This document shows positions 1 through 10,015 of a stretch of 64,000 nt of DNA, piece by piece (within the stretch, counting starts at the first letter, position 1; each line of letters opens with the position of its first letter). Location: assembly GCA_041937175.2 (NCBI GenBank), contig CP166615.1, positions 3,968,001 to 4,032,000 of the forward strand. Direction: 5' to 3'. Made by a program: the position numbers and the translations under genes. The stretch comes from Limnothrix sp. BL-A-16 (lineage in GTDB: Bacteria; Cyanobacteriota; Cyanobacteriia; CACIAM-69d). Under the pieces are notes generated by a model. It saw only the letters and a program-made list of their open reading frames with translations, ran no database searches and was not told where the DNA came from.

Positions 1-271
1 GGCTGACGTGAAAGAAGTCAAGATGCGCTACAAAATCGACCCGCACGATTACCAAGTGCGGATCCGCGCCGCTGAACGCTTCCTCAAGGCCGGTGACAAA
101 GTGAAGGCTACGATCACCTTCCGGGGGCGGGAAATTCAACACGCCCACCTGGCGGAAACCCTGCTCAATCAAATGATGCGGGATCTGCAAGAAGTGGCTG
201 AGGTGCAGCAAGCACCGAAGCGGGAAGGCCGCAATATGATGATGCTGCTGTCACCCAAGCGGGAAAAGTAA
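1..271 (+). CDS. infC: Translation initiation factor IF-3 (C-terminal part; truncated at window start)
   Basis: [15 protein letters not shown]...[14 protein letters not shown]...[11 protein letters not shown] is the IF-3 C-domain signature. Confidence 0.97.
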   Translation, partial: ADVKEVKMRYKIDPHDYQVRIRAAERFLKAGDKVKATITFRGREIQHAHLAETLLNQMMRDLQEVAEVQQAPKREGRNMMMLLSPKREK

Positions 272-388
272 CCTTCGGCCAGGATGGCCAGGGGTGAAAA
301 CTGGGTGATGGCACGCGGAGGCCCCTGGGCCCAACCGTGACCATTAGATTGACGAGCCATCCACGGTTTTGTCACCCTTGTGTGGTGG

Positions 389-410
389 GGGGCGCGCGAT
401 CGCGCGCCCC
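389..410. repeat. Perfect 22-bp palindrome centred on a HIP1 octamer
   Basis: GGGGCGCGCGATCGCGCGCCCC read directly. Confidence 0.9.
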
Positions 411-456
411 TCTCCCTTGCCCGTCCGCCCACTCCATATTGACTGACCGATCGCCC

Positions 457-3400
457 ATGGATGCCAACTATCAGGGAACCCGAGGCGGCGCATGGCAACA
501 GGTGCTGCGCTGGCTGAACCTTCGGCCCGAAGAAGGAGAACGCACTTGGTTGATGTTCGCCTTCTATACCACCACCACCGTGGGGTTGAGTTGGCTGGAT
601 AACAGCACGGCGGGCCTGTTTGTCGATCGCTACGGGGCCGTGGGCCTGCCGCTCATTTACTTGGGCAACGCGGCGATCGGGGCCTTGATGGGCTTTGCCT
701 ATTCCCTGATGCAGAAGGTTATTCCCCTGCGTCAGACGATTGTCTTGATTCCGATTTTGATTGCCCTGCCCCTGGTGGCCTTTCGGGCGGGCTTGGGCAT
801 TGAGCACCTGGCGGCGATCACGGTTTTTGTGATGCGGCTGTGGCTGGATGTGACCTATGTGCTCAATGACATCAACACCTCCATCACCGCCAACCAGCTT
901 TTTAACATTCGAGAAATTAAGCGCACCTATCCCCTCATCAGCAGCGGTGTGCTAGTAGCGGATGTGATTAGCGGTTTTTCGCTGCCGGTGCTGTTGGATT
1001 GGGTGGGGCTGCCGAATGTGTTGCTGTTGGCGGCCGCTACGATCGCCTTTGGGGGCGGCATTTTGTTTTATCTGGGCCGGGCCTACAGCCAGGCCTTTCC
1101 CGATTCCCCCAGTCGCTACACCGAAGAGTCCCAGGCGGATTCTAATCGCCGGCTTCAGGGGCCCCTGCGCAGCTATGCGGGCTGGCTGGTGGCCTTTTTC
1201 ATGCTGGCGCAGGTGTTGTTTTTGCTGGTGGAATTTCAGTTCTTCGATCGACTGGAGTTGCAAAGTAAAACGTCGGCAGTCACGGGCACTGGGGGCGACG
1301 TGGCCAGCGAGATTGCCAGTTTTTTGGGCCTGTTTAATGGGGTGTTGGGGTTGGCGGAGTTGCTGACCCAATGGCTGGTGTCCAGTCGGGCGATCGAGCG
1401 GATTGGCCTGTTTCGATCGGCGGCTATTTTGCCCACGGCGGTGCTGATTTCCGGGGTGTTGGCCCTGTTGAGCATTCCGCTAGCGTCCCATGGATTTTCG
1501 GGCGCGTTCCTCGGGGCGATCGGCCTGAAGTTCATGGATGAGCTGCTGCGCTACACCCTCTTTGCCAGCACCAACCCGGTGTTGTTCCAGCCCATTCCCG
1601 ACAGCGTGCGAGGCAGCATCCAAGCCCGGGTTCGGGGCGTGTTTGAGTCGCTCTCCACGGGGCTGGCGGGGCTGCTAATTTTGGGGACGGTGTTTGTTTG
1701 CAAGCACTTTTTACCACCGGACTACCTGGAAGCCCAAAGCTGGATTGTGCTGGGGGCGATCGTCATTTTGGCGGTGCTCTGGGTGGTGGCGGTGTTGGGA
1801 TTGCGATCGCGCTACATCAGCCTGTTGGTGATCAGTGCTGAGCGGGGCCGACTGGGCACGATGGATGTGGATTCTTCCACCCTGCGCCAGGCGGTGATTG
1901 AGGCCCTGGTGCAACCGGGAACCACCCCCGAAGACAAGCGATCGTGCATCGAACTCCTGAGCCGCATTGACCCCGAGCGGGCCAGTGAAGTGCTCGCCCC
2001 CCTGCTGACCGGGTTTCCGCCCGTGCTGCAAAAGCAATGTTTGGAAGTGATGCTGGAGCGGCCCCAAACGGACTATCTCGCGCAAGTGCGGGCCCTGATT
2101 GTGCAGCAACCACCGCCGGAGGTGCTGGCGGCGGCCCTGCGCTACGTCTGGATTACGGAATCCGATCAGGATGTGCGCCATTTGCAGCCCTACCTGCGGC
2201 CCGAGGTGGATCCCATGGTGCGGGGCACGGCGGCCTCGTTGATTATGCGCCGAGGATCTGCGAGCCAGAAGGCGGAAGCTACCAACAGTTTGCGCCGAAT
2301 GCTCACCAGCGGTGATGTGCGAGAGCGGGTGATGGGTTGTCGGGCCTTGGGCGAGGCGGCCTATCTCCAGGCCCTGCGGTTGTATGTGCCGGATTTGCTT
2401 CAAGATTCATCGGTGGAGGTGCGTTGCGCCCTGCTGGAAGTGATTGCCTCGGCCCGGCTGGAAGACTACTACCCGGCCCTGTTGCGGGGGCTAAATTACA
2501 AGAGCACCCGGGAATCGGCCCTGCGCGGGTTGACCAAGCTGGAGCATGAGGTGCTGCCGATGCTGTTGGAGATGGCGGAGGACTGCCATAAGCCGGATCT
2601 GATGCGGATGCAGGCCTGGGGGGCGATCGGGCGCATTAGCACCTCGGAAGCCTTGGATATTTTGGTGTCGCGGTTGTTGGTGTCCTGGGGAGCCACCCGC
2701 CAAACGATTATGCGTACCCTGCTGAAGCTGCCCGACGACGCGGGGATTGAGGGCGTGTTGCGGCGGATTGGGCGAAGTGGGGTGGAAATGGCGATCGACC
2801 AGGAGTTGCGCTACGTGGGGCAATTGGCGGCGGCGCTGGTGGATTTGTCGGAAGCGTCCCTCACGGGGCGGGAGGCGGATTTGCTGCGCCAGTCCCTGCG
2901 CGATTCGATCCAGGATGCCCATGAACGGCTCTTTTCCTTGATGAAGTTCCTCTATCCGATCGGGTCGATTCAAGCGGCTTCCTTCAATTTGCGATCGGGG
3001 TCGCGGGAGTCTGTGGCTCGGGGCTTGGAAATTTTGGATAATACGCTGGATATTCCCAGTAAGCGGGCGGTGTTGGGAATTTTTGACTCGGCGAACGATC
3101 GCGATCGGCTGGCGGCGGTGAATGAGCTGATGCATTACCAACCGATGGCTCCGCGCGATCGGGTGCGGCGGCTTTTGGATTTGCGCTACTTTCTGTCCGA
3201 TTGGCCCTTGGCCTGTTGCTTCCATGTGGCGCGGTCTTTGCGCTGGAGCCTGACCACGGATCAAACCCTGGCCTGTTTGCGTCACCCACGCGGCTTTGTG
3301 CGGGAAGCGGTGCTAGCCTATTTGGAGTTGGCTTCTCAGCGGATGTTGGCGGAGATTTTGCCCCGGATGGTGCATGATCCCGATCGCCTGGTGTTAGCCC

Positions 3401-3474
3401 AGGTGCAACATCTGGCCCAGGGGTTGGGCGTGGCCCTGCCCACCAAGTCCGCCGAGGCCTCGGGCCCGGTCTAG
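457..3474 (+). CDS. MFS/TLC (nucleotide-transporter-like) membrane domain fused to HEAT repeats
   Basis: Many hydrophobic segments in the N-terminal half (motif ANQLFNIREIKRTYPLISSG), followed by helical HEAT-like repeats. ATG at 457 preferred over GTG at 337. Confidence 0.8.
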   Translation: MDANYQGTRGGAWQQVLRWLNLRPEEGERTWLMFAFYTTTTVGLSWLDNSTAGLFVDRYGAVGLPLIYLGNAAIGALMGFAYSLMQKVIPLRQTIVLIPILIALPLVAFRAGLGIEHLAAITVFVMRLWLDVTYVLNDINTSITANQLFNIREIKRTYPLISSGVLVADVISGFSLPVLLDWVGLPNVLLLAAATIAFGGGILFYLGRAYSQAFPDSPSRYTEESQADSNRRLQGPLRSYAGWLVAFFMLAQVLFLLVEFQFFDRLELQSKTSAVTGTGGDVASEIASFLGLFNGVLGLAELLTQWLVSSRAIERIGLFRSAAILPTAVLISGVLALLSIPLASHGFSGAFLGAIGLKFMDELLRYTLFASTNPVLFQPIPDSVRGSIQARVRGVFESLSTGLAGLLILGTVFVCKHFLPPDYLEAQSWIVLGAIVILAVLWVVAVLGLRSRYISLLVISAERGRLGTMDVDSSTLRQAVIEALVQPGTTPEDKRSCIELLSRIDPERASEVLAPLLTGFPPVLQKQCLEVMLERPQTDYLAQVRALIVQQPPPEVLAAALRYVWITESDQDVRHLQPYLRPEVDPMVRGTAASLIMRRGSASQKAEATNSLRRMLTSGDVRERVMGCRALGEAAYLQALRLYVPDLLQDSSVEVRCALLEVIASARLEDYYPALLRGLNYKSTRESALRGLTKLEHEVLPMLLEMAEDCHKPDLMRMQAWGAIGRISTSEALDILVSRLLVSWGATRQTIMRTLLKLPDDAGIEGVLRRIGRSGVEMAIDQELRYVGQLAAALVDLSEASLTGREADLLRQSLRDSIQDAHERLFSLMKFLYPIGSIQAASFNLRSGSRESVARGLEILDNTLDIPSKRAVLGIFDSANDRDRLAAVNELMHYQPMAPRDRVRRLLDLRYFLSDWPLACCFHVARSLRWSLTTDQTLACLRHPRGFVREAVLAYLELASQRMLAEILPRMVHDPDRLVLAQVQHLAQGLGVALPTKSAEASGPV

Positions 3475-3683
3475 GGGCTGGGGTGGCTCCGAGTCGATTG
3501 AACTCTGCCCGCGAAGAACCCCCAGCCCAGCACTCGCCACTCCCACAAAGCGGGATAAGATAGCGGGGTGTTGAGCTTTCATCATGTCGTTTCACCCCCA
3601 GCCTTGCCCTCGCGGTGCATCAACCAGCTTTGAGTCATTGACCGCCTGGGGCCTGTTGCCTGACCCACCGCGCCTAGCCGCTC

Positions 3684-4172
3684 ATGCTCACTAGCGTCGA
3701 TCGCCTGCTCTTTATCCGCGAAGTCCCGATTTTTAAAGAACTGCGCGACGAGTTCCTCGTGCGGTTGGCTTCCTGCATGGATGAGTTATCGTTTTCTGCC
3801 AAGCAAACGATCTTCACGCAGGGGCAAGAAGGGCGATCGCTCTACATTGTGGTGTCGGGACGGGTGCGAGTGCATCTGAACGATCGAGATTTGGCCCATC
3901 TGGGGAAAGGATCCTTTTTTGGGGAAATGTCGCTGTTTGATGCGGAACCCCGATCGGCCTCCGTCACCACGATCGAACCCTGTGAATGTTTGATGCTGAC
4001 CCAACAGCAGCTCTACGACGCGATCGACGAAACCCCCGATATTGCGGTGAATGTGATTCGGCTGCTCTCCCGTCGGATTCGGGAGCTGAATCAAAAACTG
4101 AATGCCAGTCGCGACTTGGACGGTAAGGGATCCGGATCAACCCTCTTGCCGTCCAATTCCCAAAACAGCTAG
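3684..4172 (+). CDS. Stand-alone cyclic-nucleotide-binding domain protein (no Crp HTH)
   Basis: IFTQGQEGRSLYIVVSGRV and an intact phosphate-binding cassette FFGEMSLF...PRSASV; only 162 aa. Confidence 0.9.
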   Translation: MLTSVDRLLFIREVPIFKELRDEFLVRLASCMDELSFSAKQTIFTQGQEGRSLYIVVSGRVRVHLNDRDLAHLGKGSFFGEMSLFDAEPRSASVTTIEPCECLMLTQQQLYDAIDETPDIAVNVIRLLSRRIRELNQKLNASRDLDGKGSGSTLLPSNSQNS

Positions 4173-4246
4173 GGCCTAGGATTTAGACCTGATTGGAGTC
4201 GCCAGCCGAACCCTAGCCCCCACAAATCGCCCAGTCAGATCCTGTC

Positions 4247-6757
4247 CTAGAGGGTGATCGCCCCCGTGATCGCCTCAGTGCTGGCCAGCTTCACCAGTCG
4301 ATCGCCCTGATCTTCGCGGCCCAAGACGGGGAAATCGGCCCAAGCCAAACCGCCCGATCGACCCGTGTTGGTGCTGATCCACCAGAGGCCGCGATCGGCT
4401 ACCGGAGCCATGGCCACCAGCCGATCGCCCCGAGCCAGGGTCAGGAAATTGCTGCCCGCTTCGCCCAATCCATTCAGGCGCAGGCGATCCACTCGCAGTT
4501 GCTTGCCATAGCCCCGCTCGGTGATCAGGGCCAGGGTTTGCCCCGGGCCCAAGGTGCAACAGCCCAACAACCGTTCCGATCGACTCACCTTCGTGGCCAA
4601 GGCTCCTTGGGTGTTGCGATTGCTGACCGGCAGGGTAACCGCGTCCAGGGGCAAAATCATCCCTCGGCCCATGGAAGTGGCCACCACCAGCCGATCGCCC
4701 TCGGATCCCAAGGCGGCGGCCACCAACTGATCCCCCTCCTTCAGCTTTAGGGCCACCAGGCCCCGCCCGGTAATTCGCTCAAATTCCCCCAGGGCCAAGC
4801 GCTTCACCCGCCCTTGCTGAGTGAGCACAATCAAATCCTGGGGCGGATGGGGATGATCGGCAAAGTCCAACGACAACACGGCCACAATTTCCCGGGCCAG
4901 GGCTGCCACCGAGTCATCCGCACTTTGCAGGGCGGTCGATCGGGCTGATTCCGGCAGCAGCGTAACCAGGGGCAATCCTCGGGGCGCTTTTTTGCTGATC
5001 GGGGGAATGTCGCCCACCCGCAGGCTATAGGCCTTGCCCGATCGGGTGAGCACTAGCAGTTCCCGATCGGTTTGCGTATTAAAGGTCTGCACGGCGGCCT
5101 CGTCCCGCTCCGTCAGCTCGCCCGGCGTGGGTTCGCTGCGCCGTCGCTTGGGCGGAACCCGCCGCACATAACCCCGATCGCTCAGTTCCACAATGGCCGG
5201 TTCTGGAGCCGTGGGAGCTGCCACCGCTGGCGATTCCGTGGTCGCCTGCACCGTCGCTTCATCCAAAATTCGGGTGCGGCGCGGATCAGCAAATTTCTTT
5301 TTGAACGATCGCAGGTCTTTTTTCAGAAATTTCAGCCGTTCTTGTCGATCGGCCAGCAAATTCGACAGCTCTGCTAGGCGCGATCGCAGGGTTTCCCGCT
5401 CCTCCAACAGTTTTTGGCGCTCCAGTCCCGTCAGTCGCCGCATGGGCATTCCCAACACCGCCTGGGCCTGGGAATCGCTCATGCCCAGCCGCACAGCCAA
5501 CTGGGCTTGGGCAGTGGTTCCATCCGGGGCAAACCGCAAAATCTCGATCGTTTCATCCAAATGATCCAGGGCCAGGACTAACCCTTCCACCAACTCCAGT
5601 CGATCGGCCACTTGCTCGCGATCGGCCGTCAATTGCTTGGTCAGGGTTTCTTCCCGGAACGCCAAAAAGACTTGGAGGGCCTGCTTCAGGCTCAACTGCT
5701 GGGGCTGGCGATCGACAATGGCCAGCAGAATCATGCCAAAGGTGGACTGCAAATCCGTTTGGCGATAAAGCTGCTTTAAAACCGCCGCTGGCTCCGCCTC
5801 CCGCTTCAGTTCAATGACGACCCGAATTCCGTCGCGATCGCTCTCATCCCGCAAATCGCTGATGCCCGTTAGCTTGCCCAGGTTCACCAACTCGGCCATT
5901 TTTTCTAGCCAACTGGCCTTGTTGGTTTGGTAGGGCAATTCCGTCACCACGATCGCCGTCCGTTTTTGGCGACCCCGCCCGCCGGGAATTTCCTCCACAT
6001 GGGTCACCCCGCGCAGGACAATGCTGCCCTTGCCGGTGCGATAGGCATCCTCAATGCCCTTGGTGCCGATAATTTCGCCCCCGGTGGGGAAGTCGGGGCC
6101 CGGAATCAGTTTCCACAGTTGCGCATCGGACAAGTCCGGGCGATCGATCAGCGCCACCAACCCATCCACCAACTCGCCCAGGTGGTGCGGGGGAATATTG
6201 GTGGCCATACCCACGGCAATGCCCGAACAGCCATTCAGCAACAACAGGGGCAACTGCACCGGCAACACCACCGGCTCCTGTTGGGAACTGTCGAAATTGG
6301 GCGCAAAGTTAACGGTGGCCTCGCTCAGGTTCGCCAGGGCTGAAACCTGGGCAATTTCCGCCAATCGAGTTTCCGTGTAGCGCATGGCGGCCGGTGGATC
6401 ATCGTCGATCGAGCCAAAATTGCCATGGCCCTGCAACAGGGGATAGCGCATGGAAAAGCTCTGCACCATCCGCACCAGTGCGTCATAAACCGCCTTGTCT
6501 CCGTGGGGGTGATATTTCCCCAACACATCCCCCACCACCCGGGCACATTTGCGAAAGGGGCGATCGGGCGTTAATCCCAACTCATGCATCGCGTACAAAA
6601 TCCGCCGATGCACCGGTTTGAGGCCATCCCGCGCATCCGGCAGGGCTCGGCCGACGATCGTACTCATGGCGTATTCCAAATACGATCGCTGCATTTCCCC
6701 ATGCAACGAGGTCGGAATGATTTGCCCAGAGCCAAGAAGGTTGAGTTGCGCGGTCAT
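4247..6757 (-). CDS. gyrA: Type II topoisomerase subunit A (GyrA/ParC-like paralog)
   Basis: [22 protein letters not shown], catalytic [21 protein letters not shown] and a pinwheel-like CTD. No GyrA-box seen, so it may be ParC-like. Confidence 0.88.
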   Translation of the reverse strand: MTAQLNLLGSGQIIPTSLHGEMQRSYLEYAMSTIVGRALPDARDGLKPVHRRILYAMHELGLTPDRPFRKCARVVGDVLGKYHPHGDKAVYDALVRMVQSFSMRYPLLQGHGNFGSIDDDPPAAMRYTETRLAEIAQVSALANLSEATVNFAPNFDSSQQEPVVLPVQLPLLLLNGCSGIAVGMATNIPPHHLGELVDGLVALIDRPDLSDAQLWKLIPGPDFPTGGEIIGTKGIEDAYRTGKGSIVLRGVTHVEEIPGGRGRQKRTAIVVTELPYQTNKASWLEKMAELVNLGKLTGISDLRDESDRDGIRVVIELKREAEPAAVLKQLYRQTDLQSTFGMILLAIVDRQPQQLSLKQALQVFLAFREETLTKQLTADREQVADRLELVEGLVLALDHLDETIEILRFAPDGTTAQAQLAVRLGMSDSQAQAVLGMPMRRLTGLERQKLLEERETLRSRLAELSNLLADRQERLKFLKKDLRSFKKKFADPRRTRILDEATVQATTESPAVAAPTAPEPAIVELSDRGYVRRVPPKRRRSEPTPGELTERDEAAVQTFNTQTDRELLVLTRSGKAYSLRVGDIPPISKKAPRGLPLVTLLPESARSTALQSADDSVAALAREIVAVLSLDFADHPHPPQDLIVLTQQGRVKRLALGEFERITGRGLVALKLKEGDQLVAAALGSEGDRLVVATSMGRGMILPLDAVTLPVSNRNTQGALATKVSRSERLLGCCTLGPGQTLALITERGYGKQLRVDRLRLNGLGEAGSNFLTLARGDRLVAMAPVADRGLWWISTNTGRSGGLAWADFPVLGREDQGDRLVKLASTEAITGAITL

Positions 6758-6907
6758 CAGGCGAGTCCAGTCCAAAAAACGGCCAAGGGGTGAGCGAAAT
6801 TAAAAATCGCAAGAAAGACGAGGATTAATCAGCAGTCGCTTGCACGGAAAGAGCAATGAGGCATAGCATAACAACTAGACAGCCTCGCGTTTGGCGCAAC
6901 TTGCTCG

Positions 6908-7309
6908 ATGAAAACGGTTTTGATCGTTGAAGACGACCCAATTAATGCACGCGTCTTCTCCAAAATTTTGACCAAGCGGGGCGGCCTGGCCGTGCAGCAC
7001 ACAGAAGATGTGGAAGAGGTCGTGAAGATTGCCCGGGCGGGCGAAGCGGACATCATCTTGATGGACGTTTCCTTGGCCCACAGCACCTATGAGGGCAAAT
7101 CGGTTGATGGCATTAAAATCACCCAAATGCTGAAGGGGGATCCGGCCACGGCCAAGCTGCCCATCATTTTGGTGACGGCCCACGCCATGGAAGGCGATCG
7201 GGAAAATTTCCTGTCCGAAAGTGGCGCGGATGACTACATTTCCAAGCCCGTGGTGGATCACCAGGCCTTTGTGGACAAAATCGTCAGCCTGCTGCCCACG
7301 GATGCTTAG
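6908..7309 (+). CDS. Single-domain response regulator (DivK-like)
   Basis: VLIVEDD, ILMD, VTAHAM.GD and YISKP receiver motifs, all intact. Confidence 0.92.
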   Translation: MKTVLIVEDDPINARVFSKILTKRGGLAVQHTEDVEEVVKIARAGEADIILMDVSLAHSTYEGKSVDGIKITQMLKGDPATAKLPIILVTAHAMEGDRENFLSESGADDYISKPVVDHQAFVDKIVSLLPTDA

Positions 7310-7405
7310 GGCGGGCGATCGAGGGCTGGAGAGATAGTTCACGGGTCGCCAATTGCTGTTTGGGCCATCTTCCGTTGGGAGGGTGGCCCATTGCCCGATC
7401 GGCCC

Positions 7406-9649
7406 CTAGGCCTGATTGCCCGTGGCTTCCAGGGATTCGAGAATGTTCAAAATTTCCAGAGCGGCGGCGTAGGTATCGTTCAAAATCCGTTCGTCTTCTT
7501 CGGGATCATCGGTCAAGTCATCCAAAATGAGCCGCAGGGCCCCAATAATTTCGCTGAGGCGCGATCGCACCTGATAGGAAATTTGGGCGAAGGTTTCATA
7601 GCGATCCATGCCCCCACCTCCTGAGTCGCTGTAGAACGATCGCTGAACTTGCAGCGCGTCTTCAAACAACTCCATGGTGCTCAACATCCGAATGGCCGAT
7701 CGATAGGATTCGCGCAGGAGTTCTTGGCGTTCCTCGTTGCTGTCCACCAAGTCATCCACCAGCAATTGCAGGGAGCCGACGGTGATGTTGAGCCGGGTGC
7801 GAATTTCGTAGGAGGTGCGGTTGAAGGTTTCGCTGGCGGTGGCCATCGGTTGCTGCACCCGGGCATTGCCAAACTGCATGGTGTAGAGCTTGGCGTAGGC
7901 TCCGCCCTTGGCCAGCAGTTCCGCATGGTTGCCCACTTCCACCACGCGCCCCTTGTCCAGGACGGCGATTTGGTTGGCCCGCTGCACGGTTGAGAGGCGG
8001 TGGGCAATGGCGATCACGGTGCGATCGCGGCTGAGGGTTTCGATCGCCTCCTGCACCAACCGCTCGGACACCGTATCCAGGGCGCTGGTGGCCTCATCCA
8101 AAATCAGCACTGGGGGATTTTGCAGCAAGGCCCGGGCGATCGCCAGCCGCTGCCGTTGCCCCCCCGACAACATCACACCCCGATCGCCAATGGTGGTTTC
8201 CAGGCCGCGCGGCATTCGCTCAATAAATTCCATGGCGTTGGCTAATTTGGCGGCGGCAATCACCTCCTCATCGGTGGCCGTGGGCATCGGGTAGGCGATG
8301 TTGTTGCGGATGGTGTCGTTAAACAGAAAGGTTTCTTGGCTGACAATGCCCAGGGATCGCCGGAGCGATCGCACATCAAAGCTGCGTAAGTCTTGACCAT
8401 CAATGAGGATCCGCCCCGCCGTTGGGTCGGCAAACCGGGGCACTAACTCCACAAGGGTTGATTTCCCGGCTCCGGAGCTGCCCACCAGGGCCAAGGTTGT
8501 GCCCCGGGGCAAGGTGAGGGTGATGTCTTGGAGTGTCAGCTCGCTGCTGCCTTCGTAGGCAAAGCTGAGATTTTCAAACCGAATGTCCTGGTGCAGTCCC
8601 GTGAAGGGGGTGGAACCATTGGCCAAAAAGGTCTTGTTGCTCGATCGCAAAAAGTCTTCCACCACATCCACACTGGCGGCCGTGTTGGCCAACTGGCCCC
8701 GCAACCGGTTGAGCTGGGCCACCAGGGGCAACAGCCGAAACAGCAGTGTCAGATAGGTTAGCAGCACCGTGGACAGGGCACTGAGCTGATCCGCAAACAG
8801 CCAGCGACTGATGCCAACGATCGCCATCAACATCACCACGCTCACCACTTCCGTGACCGGGGCGATCGCGATCGAGTTGGCCTGGGATTTAAACTCCGCT
8901 GCCTCCCGGGCCTTGGTTAGCCGCAGCATTCGATCGAACTCCCGCGCCTCCATGGCAGCCGATCGCACCAACCGCATCCCGCCCAAAATCTCCAACAGGG
9001 CCACGGAATAGTCCTTGGAGGTTTGGGACACATCCTTCCCCAGTTGGCGGGATTGGTTGACATAGAGCTGATTAATCCACACCACCCCCGTAAACAACAC
9101 CGTGGCCACCACCGTCAGTTGCCAAGACAGCAGCAGCAACAGCCCCACCATCACCAGGATCGAAACCACCGTGGCCACCAATTGCAGCAAATTGGCCACC
9201 GTGGCCGAAACCCGCCCAATTTCATTCCCCAGGCGGTTGTTGATGTCGCCCACGCGGGTGCGAGCAAAGTAGCTGAGATTTACATCCAGCAGTAACTGAA
9301 TGGCGTTCATGCGCAGGTCAGCCGCCAGCGATCGCTGCAAAATTCCGACGGCCAAGGCGCTGAGATAGGTGGCCAGGTTTTTGAGGGCGATCGTGCCCAC
9401 CACCGCCACGGCCATGGCGATCGGTTGGTAGGCCACCGGCAGCCCCTCAAAGGGCGAAAAAAGTTTGCGCAAAATGGGCGGCCCGCCGGACAGCACCATT
9501 TCTTGGCCCAAAAAGCGCAGCACCACTGGCACAATCAGCGCCGTGCTCACCCCGTTGAACAGGGCCCCCGAGAAGCCCATGATCATGGTCCAAGCCGCTT
9601 GTCGGGGATAGCGCCGAATCAGTTGCCAAAGGAATTTGCGTCGGGCCAT
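7406..9649 (-). CDS. ABC exporter (MsbA/HepA-like TMD+NBD) with a C-terminal tandem HisKA-like extension
   Basis: TM domain, Walker A GSSGAGKS, LSGGQRQR, ILDEATSALD, AHRLST; about 150 extra C-terminal residues. Confidence 0.92.
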   Translation of the reverse strand: MARRKFLWQLIRRYPRQAAWTMIMGFSGALFNGVSTALIVPVVLRFLGQEMVLSGGPPILRKLFSPFEGLPVAYQPIAMAVAVVGTIALKNLATYLSALAVGILQRSLAADLRMNAIQLLLDVNLSYFARTRVGDINNRLGNEIGRVSATVANLLQLVATVVSILVMVGLLLLLSWQLTVVATVLFTGVVWINQLYVNQSRQLGKDVSQTSKDYSVALLEILGGMRLVRSAAMEAREFDRMLRLTKAREAAEFKSQANSIAIAPVTEVVSVVMLMAIVGISRWLFADQLSALSTVLLTYLTLLFRLLPLVAQLNRLRGQLANTAASVDVVEDFLRSSNKTFLANGSTPFTGLHQDIRFENLSFAYEGSSELTLQDITLTLPRGTTLALVGSSGAGKSTLVELVPRFADPTAGRILIDGQDLRSFDVRSLRRSLGIVSQETFLFNDTIRNNIAYPMPTATDEEVIAAAKLANAMEFIERMPRGLETTIGDRGVMLSGGQRQRLAIARALLQNPPVLILDEATSALDTVSERLVQEAIETLSRDRTVIAIAHRLSTVQRANQIAVLDKGRVVEVGNHAELLAKGGAYAKLYTMQFGNARVQQPMATASETFNRTSYEIRTRLNITVGSLQLLVDDLVDSNEERQELLRESYRSAIRMLSTMELFEDALQVQRSFYSDSGGGGMDRYETFAQISYQVRSRLSEIIGALRLILDDLTDDPEEDERILNDTYAAALEILNILESLEATGNQA

Positions 9650-9875
9650 TGGATCACAAGGGAAAGGGAACGAGATCTACCCAAAATAGGCAGCGGTGGC
9701 CAAAAACCACACCAAGAACCCATCAGGCAGAACCTGATGCAACGTCCTGACGCGATCGCCCCGGGGATCTGGAGAAATGCGCATCTGAATTTTAGGCCGG
9801 GCATTGGCCCGATGGGGGGCGACCGCCACCGCTTCTTGGCCACCGACCCGCAGCAGCCCCACCCCGCCGCCCTAG

Positions 9876-10015
9876 GGCCTGTCGTCATTTCGCCCAAAAC
9901 CCTAAATCTGCCGTTAGCGGATCGTGGGGGACAAGGGGCTTGAGCATCTTGTTACGACGATTAGGGCGCGGAAGATCAACCGTTTCAGCATCACCTCGAA
10001 AAATGACGACACCCC
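9876..10015. mobile_element. MITE copy A1 (140 bp) with terminal inverted repeats, flanked by CTAG
   Basis: CTAG|GGCCTGTCGTCATTT ... AAATGACGACACCCC|CTAG; homologous to 31179-31339; degenerate internal palindrome at 9932-9951. Confidence 0.8.
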
